Positions 1 to 8,105 of a stretch of 10,229 bases of DNA are shown one piece after another. Below the pieces are notes generated by a model. The model had not been told where the DNA came from. It searched no databases and worked only from the letters and a program-made list of their open reading frames with translations. Source of the stretch: Vitrella brassicaformis CCMP3155 (taxonomy: Eukaryota; Protista; Chromerida); NCBI GenBank assembly GCA_001179505.1, contig CDMY01000928.1, positions 1 through 10,229 of the forward strand, in the 5' to 3' direction. Numbering within the stretch: the stretch's first letter is position 1; each line of letters opens with the position of its first letter. Made by a program: the position numbers and the translations under genes.

Positions 1-280
1 CTGGACTGCTTTGTTGCCCTTCTGGCCTCTCTTTCCTCTGCTGTCTGGCTGTTCTGTGCATCTGGGTTTGGGTGGATCGGTCGAGTGTGATGGGGCGGGC
101 GTGCACTACTAGGCAGCTATGTCACTTCATCTTCAGCCAGTGTGTGAGGGGGACACACACATCATCTCATCGACAGCATCTCATCGACACAGCATCTTTA
201 CTTGCCTGCACGTTCTGCGCCTGAGGCTGGACTGCTTTGTTGCCCTTCTGGCCTCTCTTTCCTCTGCTGTCTGGCTGTTC
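1..280. repeat. Exact 54-bp direct repeat, two copies (1-54 and 227-280), 172 nt apart; copy 1 may extend beyond the window start
   Basis: ctggactgctttgttgcccttctggcctctctttcctctgctgtctggctgttc occurs identically at 1-54 and 227-280. A small imperfect tandem (catctcatcgacag / catctcatcgacacag) lies between them at 163-192. Confidence 0.97.
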
Positions 281-359
281 CTGTCTGGGTGTTCTGTGCT
301 GTTGGCTGGCGACGTGTCTTGCTTTCCTTTTCAAGAACGAGCAGTGGCCGATTTTTCAT
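1..359 (-). CDS. Putative 5' end of a low-complexity repetitive protein, complement(join(<1..53,202..359)); runs off the left edge
   Basis: ATG at 359 gives MKNRPLLVLEKESKTRRQPTAQNTQTGTARQQRKERPEGQQSSPASGAERAG. A phase-2 donor AA|GTAAAG at 201 joins an acceptor gcacAG|A at 54 and continues in frame as K-TARQQRKERPEGQQSSP. No family recognised; the model rests only on splice and frame compatibility. Confidence 0.35.
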
Positions 360-446
360 CTGAGCGCTGGCCACGTTAGACGTACGGACGCATTGATTGG
401 ACACACCATCTGCCCTCAGGGGCCGGGGCCTAGGTGCCCGTTAACA

Positions 447-462
447 AACGAACGAACGAACG
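447..462 (+). repeat. (AACG)4 microsatellite in the spacer upstream of CCB3
   Basis: aacgaacgaacgaacg read directly. Confidence 0.9.
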
Positions 463-501
463 ACCAGAAACCCTGCACCCCAGTAAAAACCCTGTAGCTA
501 G

Positions 502-1306
502 ATGCAGATGAAGGGTGCATTCGTCGTGTTCAGCGCCATTATGGCCATTGTCTTGAGGCCAGCGCTCTGCTTCGGCCCTCCTGCGCTGCGATCTCCCTCA
601 AGACCGCCTCCCAGGCCGTCACCAAGACAACATCGCTCTGCTGCAGCAGTACCTCCATGGCCACCTGCCGGTGCCGAGTATGGAGTCAACGATCCGAAAA
701 GAAGGCCGACACCGCCAACGAGGCGAGAACGTGGAGATCTGTCAACAGCAAGCGTCATCCTGCCGGCCCTGGCAGTCTCCGGCGCAGCGCTGTGGTTGTG
801 TCCAGCGGTGGCTGATGCGGCGTCGTCCCTTGCTGACTCGTCTTCGGTGCTCTTGTCTGCCGTGCCTGCGTGGCTGAGGCCCACCAAGGTTGCCCTGGAC
901 GTGTTCCTGTTGGCCTTCACATTGCTGTTTTTCTTTCGACTGGTGATGTCATGGTACCCCAGCCTGAAGCTCAAAGAGCTGCCGTGGATAGCCGTCATCG
1001 TCGCCACTGAACCCGTCCTCAAACCAACACGAGAGGTGAGGAGGGTGGGTTTCTCACTGTCTGTCTGTCTGTCTGTGTGTTGTGTGTCAGTTGGTGCCTC
1101 CTGCGTTTGGTGTGGACATCAGCCCAGTGGTGTGGCTCGGCATCACCAGTCTGGCACGGTACGTACCATGCTGCCACACACACATGCAGCACATGACATG
1201 CCTCCCTGCCACCCATTGCTTCTACGTGTGTGTGTGTGTGTGTGTGTGCAGGGAGTTGTTGATTTCGTCGACTGGGCTGCTGACCATGATAGAGAACAAG
1301 GGGTGA
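502..1306 (+). CDS. CCB3: Plastid-targeted YGGT-family protein, CCB3-like (cytochrome b6 heme ci assembly factor); join(502..1035,1091..1158,1252..1306), 218 aa
   Basis: The spliced C-terminal half reads RLVMSWYPSLKLKELPWIAVIVATEPVLKPTRE|LVPPAFGVDISPVVWLGITSLAR|ELLISSTGLLTMIENKG*. This matches the CCB3-type YGGT pattern (SWYP...TEP.L..TR..PP..GVD..PVVW.G..S...E.L....GLL) as I recall it. Introns 1036-1090 (GTGAGG..tcag) and 1159-1251 (GTACGT..gcag). The N-terminus is a hydrophobic signal peptide followed by a Phe-initiated Pro/Ser/Arg-rich segment. Confidence 0.88.
1226..1248 (+). repeat. (GT)n microsatellite at the 3' end of CCB3 intron 2
   Basis: About 11 GT units immediately before the cag acceptor at 1249-1251. 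Confidence 0.92.
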
Positions 1307-1742
1307 CACATTAATTAGTCCGGTCTGATGGATGCCGGCCGATGTGGCTGGCTGCATGGAGCGATGCTCTACTTGCCGACTTGGATGTGGTTGGTGGATG
1401 TGTAGCGGAGAGATGTGAGCTGACTTGTGTTACCCCCGCAAGCTCGTCCCCTGTTCGGCGGCTTTTCATCGTCACTCTGGCTGCTCTGCACACGCCGATC
1501 TCTTCTTGCGAGAAAGAGAAAGGCGTGTGGGATAGCAGGTGCGACGATCAGAGGCCACTGAGGAGGGAGAGATGACAGGAGAGCGAGAGAGCGACTCCAG
1601 CTGCGTTTCCATGTCATGTTGAGTGAGTGATTCTCAAGAGCCTAACATAACATTGCAGACCTCATTTCAACAGATCATCTTCAAATTCCTGGCCTGAACT
1701 CCTGGCCGGCGGCGAGGACGCGCCAAAGGAGATAAGGGGGAA

Positions 1743-4017
1743 ATGGCAGTGTCCCTCAGGGCCCTGCGTGTGCTCATCAGCATCGCATCCGTGTGGACCT
1801 CCCTGTTCCTCTTGTACATCTGGCTGCCTCGCTCCAAACTATGGACAGATCTCACCCGGCGGATCTCTCTCGCCTTCATCCATTACAGAATCAACCAATA
1901 CGGCATGCTCGTCCACCCCACGGGGTACCTGAGCGACACTGTGGAGCCCCAAATGTTCTATGGCGTCAAAGTCAACAACCGCACGGCAGAGTTCTTTGAT
2001 TCCGTGCCTGCGCTTGCCCGTCTGACGCCTCAGACGTGGGGCAGCTGGATTGAGGTCCTGAAGACGACCCTTCCTCCCTTGAAGGTCATGTATCTCCCAC
2101 TGCTCAATGCCGGCCGTCACGGTGCCGACGACACGGGTGTGCAAGGGGCTATCGCTGAAATCCGAGAACGATGCCAGAGGTGGGTGCATTGCGTCTCTGC
2201 CGAGGTGGCTGGCTGGCCGCACAGGCGGACATGCCAGCCTTCCGGCCGCAGGGCCAGCTTTGGCGCACAAGTCGCTTGTATTGTGTGTCCCTGTGGCTTC
2301 GCTCCTCCATTGCTGTGCGCTGGCTTGTGTGCGCAGGAGCAAGGATTGGGTGTTTGGGCAGTTCTGCACTGAGCTGCTGCCCTCTCTCATCGCAGGGAGC
2401 GCCAGCCCGCATCTCACAGTCGTCATAAATGTGCACGAGGCCGATTTCATCCTGGTAGGTGCAGACACACACAGGGGCTCATCGTCAAGGAGCGGCGATG
2501 GCGCATTGTACCAATGGTTGTGTTCGTGTGTCGTGCAGGTCGAGCGGTATCAGAAGATGCTTCAGCCGGTGAACAGGAGGCGCCGGCGCGAGGACCACCT
2601 GCGCTTTGAGCTGGAGGACCTCTATGAGCAGTGGACCCCAGAGGTGCAGGAGGCTTTCTTGCACAGACCTCAGGATTTCTTCTTCACGCTTGCCTCAGGT
2701 GGAATGCAGACAACAGACGAAAGAAAGCCATGGACATTGTCTGCTGTCCTCTCTGTGCGCGCAGGTGGGGCATCGGTTGAGACGGCCACATGGTCCACAA
2801 CACAGAGCAGACACCTGACTCCGATGTCGCTGGGGCTGTTTGCCGTGGAGGGCACCAAGCTGCGGCTGCTGGCCAAGAACAACACCATCAACCACGTTGT
2901 CATTCCTGGGTACATCAAGCGCGATGAGCTGAGGTTCATCAGCAGACAGCGCAGGGCGGTTGAGAGGCGGAGGCACTCTGTCTCAAGGACCAACCATCGC
3001 ACCTACCTGATGGTCTGCTGAAGGGGAGGCCGCATGACGAAAGACACGCTCAAGCAGAGTGCCCCCTGTTCGTTAGGTCTACTGCGGTTCGTTCAAGCGG
3101 TCTGCAGAGCGAAGTTTCATAAGAAGCTTGAAGCTGGTGTCCACGCAGAGAGAGGCGCAGCAGCAGTGGCAGGGCAGTCAGCCCGACCTGAGGGGCTTCT
3201 ATGCTGACATTCGAAAGAAACACAAATTCAAAGACAAGGTAGGCCAGGGGATGCATATGTCTCTCTCTGTGACTGAGAGTGTTGCCTCGTTGTGCTGCCG
3301 CCAGGATGCGGGCGAGTGGATATTTGTGGCCAAGTCGTGTCGGCGGAAGGCCACGGCGAGAATGTATGCCGCCACCAAATACTGCCTTGCACCAGGTCGG
3401 ACAAACAGACAGACAGACAGACAGACACGACAATCTGCATCGAGACTCGCCCTATCTGATGGCTGGCCGTGTTGTGAGCTCTCGCAGCCGGGAATTATCC
3501 ATGTACCAGCCGAATATACAAAGTGAGGAGAAATGTGCTGCATGCGCATTCTGGACTGTTTGATCTGATCTCCCAGAGCGTCGCTGCTGGCTGCGTCCCG
3601 CTCCTGCTCAACGATGGCTACATCCCCCCATTCAGGCACCTGCTCCCGTGGCATCACGTCCTGCTGCGAATCCCATTGGCCTCACTGAGACATGGCGCCC
3701 TGAACAGGCTCAGAAGACCCCACACACCCGGCCCCCTTGCGAGATTTGCCTTGCGGCTGCGGCACTTCCTGTGGGGAAGCAGGTGGGCGCGTGCACAGGC
3801 CGTAATGCTGCTGGAGATGCTGGACCGGGTCAGGGAGGATGAGCGCGAGAAGCTGCCGACGAGACAGGCATGGCTGAGGTGTATGGCGCCTTACATGGGT
3901 GTGAGGAGGTGGGTGGAGTTGCTGGTGCTAGAGATGAGGATACTGAAGGCTCAGAGGCAGACAGGACGGCCGGTTGACGAGCTGTTGAGGGATAATGCCA
4001 GAAGGCTTGACGCGTGA
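1743..4017 (+). CDS. Exostosin-family (GT47) glycosyltransferase, type II membrane protein; join(1743..2179,2337..2454,2539..2698,2765..3012,3077..3238,3305..3395,3488..3522,3577..4017), 563 aa
   Basis: N-terminal signal-anchor (VLISIASVWTSLFLLYIWL), with an in-frame stop upstream at 1695-1697. The spliced product reconstitutes exostosin motifs: RTYLM|VYCGSF, KYCLAP|AGNYPCTSRIYK|SVAAGCVPLLLNDGYIPPFRHLLPW (compare FCL.P.G......R..EA...GC.PV.......PF). All 7 introns are GT-AG and phases are consistent (total 1692 nt). The middle introns, especially 2699-2764, are less certain. Confidence 0.85.
3405..3424 (+). repeat. (ACAG)5 microsatellite in GT47 intron 6
   Basis: acagacagacagacagacag read directly. 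Confidence 0.9.
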
Positions 4018-4423
4018 GGGAGGATGCCCATGGTGCCGTGATCCCATCTATCCATCCATCCATCCATCAGTGCACATTTCACCTCACGCGGCCGACACAT
4101 GATTGGGTCACATCACACACACGCACTGAGTCGTCACTCATCGCATCACATCCTTCCCTACAGCAAAAACACCACACACACACACTCCTCTGTGTGTCCA
4201 GATATGTCTGTCTGTCCTGATTGATCTGCCTGCCTGCCTGCCAGCATGTCATCCACCCCTTCCACATGAACACACGCCTCCGCCCACTGAGAAACGACAC
4301 ATACAGATTGCCACTCAACTAACGAATTGCAAACACCTAACTGACCAATTTAATTACTGTCCAGCCCCGCAGCGCACAGCACACAGCACACAGACGTCCA
4401 CACACAGACATACGGTCGGTCGT

Positions 4424-4657
4424 TTACGCGAGCCGCTTGTAGTCAATGGGTCTCGATTTGTATTGCCGCCAGAAGATCAGCAGCACCGACACGACACCGA
4501 TCATCATCACACCACCTGCACACCCACACACAGGCAGCGAGACATACATACCATTTGCGCCAACCGTGTGCTGTGATGTGATGTGTTGTGTTGTGTGTCT
4601 GACTCACCTCCGAGAACGGCAGGGAAGCCCAGCGGGATGTCATCCATTTTAGACCTC
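4424..4657 (-). other. Last two exons of the GH35 gene: transmembrane helix plus cytosolic tail with a YxxPhi motif (DYKRL)
   Basis: Exon 4657-4608, intron 4607-4516 (GTGAGT..gtgtgcag) and exon 4515-4424 translate as RSKMDDIPLGFPAVLGGGVMMIGVVSVLLIFWRQYKSRPIDYKRLA* (TAA at 4426-4424). Confidence 0.8.
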
Positions 4658-7600
4658 CTGTGTTGCCGCCGCCCCCCCTGATCACCCTCCTCCCGCACCA
4701 CCCCCCCGCCACTCACGTACTTGACGCGCTTCTCCCTTCTCCTACCCTCATAACTCACGGCCCGGCTGCCTCGCCGCTCGAAGCCCTCCCACCCTTTCCC
4801 TCCCTTGTCTGCTTGTCGGACGTTAGTGGCGTCGGCAGAGAGGTCATCAGCCTCTAGAGGGATGCCCACAAGCGCCTGCTCCTTGACGAGCTGCTGGTCC
4901 TCTCCCTCCCCAGCACCCCTCAAGGAGAGCTCCTGCTGGCCGGGTATCCACTCGCCGGCTTTGATCTTGCCTGCGGCGTCCTGCTCGATTGGCTCGCTGA
5001 TGAGGCGGACCTGGAATGAGCATGGGGGCTGCTCGCATGAGGGGCCGTCTGTGTCTAGGAGGATGAGCTCGTTGGTGTCGTCGATGTGCAGGAGGCTGCC
5101 CGGCACGTACAGCCGTTTTTGTGGACCAGCCTGACAGACAGAGATACACACAACACAGAAGCGATCGGTGTGGAAGTCGTTTTCCCCCTGTCCCCCCCCG
5201 CCGCCCGCACGTACCTCATTCCAGTATCTGCCAAGGCTGAATCCGTTGATAAAGGCCACGCCCTTGCTCCACCCATTCTCAGACATGTCCAGAAAAGTAT
5301 CCGGCAGCCTGCCCTTGACTCGTGGGTACTTTCCTGGCAGCGATACGCTGCCCTTGAACAGCGACAGAGGCCCCACCTTCCCCTGCCGGTCTTGGTGGCT
5401 GGGTTTGTGGTACTTGAGGGATGACGTGAGGAACTCGAGTGTGAGGGGGAGGGGCGAGGTGGCCCAGCTGCCGGCGCCGGTGAGGGGCTGCTGGTCAAGG
5501 TACACCGACCCAGTGATGCCTGCACGGCACAGAAGAGCGCATTTGTGTGATCAGTATGGCATCGACACACTCATGCTCCCTCCCTCCGTCCCACATTCAC
5601 TCACCTTTCAGGTCGGTGAGCATCGGGTTTGAGTCTTCCGATGTGACGAATCTCCAGTTGACGTAGTTGATGCGACCCAAGCTCTCGACCACAACCAAGA
5701 GCTCGGGCGGGGAGCTCACGCCCTGTTCGTTCATTCAAGATATACCCAGACCACACCCAGAAGCACGAGAAAGGAAATCGTTACGTGTGATGTCTGTCGT
5801 GTGTGCTGGTTTGGAATGCCCTCATCTGAGTAGTGAGGCGACCTCTGTGGTTGGTGTAGGGATGGTGACGTTGATTGCCACACTGTCCGGCCCGCCCCCA
5901 CACTGATCGCTCTTCTCCCAATGTGACGGCGCGCTCATCTGCCGACTGGCAATGCCCTGCACAATCCACACAGAACACAGACACCGCGTGTGAGTGTGCC
6001 CCTCTTCCTCCCTGCCTCCCTCCTGTGCACGCAGCGGACCTGCATAACGCCATCGACGTACACGTGTGCCCGATCGTGCAGCCCACACAGATGCAGGACG
6101 TACTCGGTCTTGTCCTTGACCAGCCCCTGTGTAATGGTGTGTCTGTAGGCCACCAAGGATACGGGCGGCGACGTCTGCGGCAGCCCCAGCTCCTCGATCG
6201 CCGCCTCGAGAGTCATCGGGGTGTCACCTTTCAAGGATCGGATCGACGATGCGTTCCTGCAGACGAGCAGGAAGGACACATGCGCACGGTCTGTGTGCGT
6301 TGGCTGTTGGCTGTGGAGTGGTTGGCTTACAGAGCGTCGGTTAGGTGAGCGGCTTGCTCGAACGTGACGGTGCCATACTCGCCCGACTTGCGCCAGACGG
6401 GCGTCACACGCTCATTGGGCACGAGGAACTCCTGCAGCAACAGCCACTTCTCGCGAGGCCGACCTGCCACGAAACACACACACGCACAAGATGGAGAGAA
6501 GAAACAGACGGGGGGCGGGGCCATACCGGCCTCGCTGATGGGGGCGTCGTAGTCGTATGAAGTGGTGGTGGGCTGGTACACGCCCTGCCGGATGTTGGCA
6601 CCGTTCCACGCGTCGAAGTTGGTGCCGCCGTGCATCATGTAGAAGCTGATCGACGCACCGTAGTCGTTCCACAGAGTCTTGACCATCTTCATCAGATCCT
6701 GCACACACACATCCATCCATTCGTTCATGCCAGAAAGACGTAGGGTGGGCAGCATCCGTGTGTGTGTGTAGGTCACCTTTGAGTCCACTCTGTGATGCTC
6801 CTCACCCCAGTGATCGAACCACCCCGCGTAGAGCTCGGAGTTGACGAAAGGACCTGTGGGCTGGAAGCGTCGCCACAGTTGATGCAGCTCCTCCACGTTG
6901 GTCTTGGACGGACCGAAGTCGACTGCACAAATGTGTCATGTCACACAGCAATTGGCAGACAGTCAACAATGAATGCATAAGATACATACGCTGCGGTTGA
7001 GGTGGTGTGGTGTGGTGTGTGTGAGCTCACTGGTGGTGAATGAGGTGGGTGTGGATCCGCACTTGAGCATCCGCTCATCCGGCCCGTCCGTCGTATACAG
7101 CACCACGTCATCGCCCAAATGAGACCTAGATCAGATAGATGCACACATACACACACAACACCAACACGCACAGCACAGACACCAACCACATCAATGCCAT
7201 GCCGATCAGATCAACGAAACCACACACTCAACTTAACCGCCCACCCACCTCAGCAAGTCCTCGAGCGTCTTGAGGTAGTCCTTATCACACTCGCTGTAGC
7301 TCCCATACTCATTCTCTATCTGGACCATCAGTATGGGCCCGCCGTTGACGTAAAGCAGCGGCTTTACTCGCGGCAGGAGCTCCTCGAACCACTCCCGCAC
7401 CTCGTCCATGTAGCGCTTGTCTGACGACCTGATGCGGATGTCGGGGACCGTGAGCAGCCGGCTCGGCAGGCCACCGTAGTCCCACTCAGCGCAGATGTAC
7501 GGGCCAGGCCGCAGCAGCACGAACAGGCCCTCCTCCCCAGCCGCCTCAATGAAGTGCACGAGATCTTTGTCGCCAGTAAAGTCATACTCGTGTCGGTTGC

Positions 7601-7991
7601 CGGCGGCCCTGACCTCGTGGAAGTTCCATGGCACATACACCTGACACAAACAAATCAACACATCAATAGAGTGATTGAGTGCATCAGAGAACATGTGTGT
7701 GACCGGGAGGGAGCATTGATTGCCAAAACACCAGCCAGTAGTGACACCGCACACTGAACTGAATCCATCAGTCAGTACCTGAATGGCGTTGAGTCCCCCG
7801 TCGTGTATGAGCCGCATGAGAGGCCGCCAGTGCGACCTGGGTATGCGGCTGTACAGCACCTCGCCCGCAGCGTACTGGAACGGTTCGCCATCCAGCAGGA
7901 ACACGTCACTCTCGTGATCTATCCTGAAGGACGGCTCCGAGGCAGCGACAGCAAGGACCAAAACAACGTACAACACCCTGCAGGCTGCCAT
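4424..7991 (-). CDS. GH35 beta-galactosidase (GLB1-like) with signal peptide and C-terminal TM anchor; complement(join(4424..4515,4608..4657,4721..5130,5215..5519,5605..5722,5843..5956,6040..6256,6331..6463,6527..6698,6777..6922,7031..7125,7249..7640,7779..7991)), 818 aa
   Basis: Signal peptide MAACRVLYVVLVLAVAA. GH35 motifs: GLNAIQ|VYVPWNFHE, LRPGPYICAEWDYGGLP, GGPILMVQIENEYGSY (acid/base Glu at 7308-7310), LYTTDG, NSELYAGWFDHWG (nucleophile Glu at 6834-6836), YMMHGGTNF, TSYDYDAPISEAG, VESLGRINY, KGVAFINGFSLGRYW, GPQKRLYVP. Twelve GT-AG introns with consistent phases (2457 nt). An alternative in-frame ATG lies at 8012. Confidence 0.93.
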
Positions 7992-8105
7992 CGTGCTGAG
8001 ATGCCGCTTCATCTCCCGCGAAAGCTGAGCGGGCTTAAGCTCGCAATGGGGGGTGGGGGCGCGCGGCTTCCCCAGTCTCCGCTTCTTGGGGTCGATCTCT
8101 GGACC

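Noticed and set aside
1-280. 54-bp direct repeats as a CRISPR array or LTR/transposon ends
   Set aside because: There are only two copies, the unit is too long, the 172-nt gap is too large, no cas or transposase ORF is present, and the context is eukaryotic and intron-like.
1342-1617. Short ORFs between CCB3 and the GT47 gene (1342..1575 +, 1369..1617 -, 1311..1493 -)
   Set aside because: No motifs, no coherent splice model and no clear codon bias; more likely UTR or intergenic sequence.
2225-2270. Possible extra mini-exon inside GT47 intron 1 (after gcacag at 2224)
   Set aside because: No convincing donor of the phase needed to rejoin exon 2 at 2337.
498-2468. Long antisense ORFs 498..1022 and 1839..2468, and similar shadows such as 5168..5632, 5875..6348 and 9622..10035
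   Set aside because: They mirror GC-rich real exons on the opposite strand and show no recognisable motifs; such ORFs are expected by chance at this GC content.
3010-3030. TGA at 3019-3021 interrupting the GT47 frame in RTYLMVC*RG, suggesting readthrough, selenocysteine or a pseudogene
   Set aside because: A GT-AG intron at 3013-3076 removes it and restores RTYLM|VYCGSFKRS in frame with the next exon.
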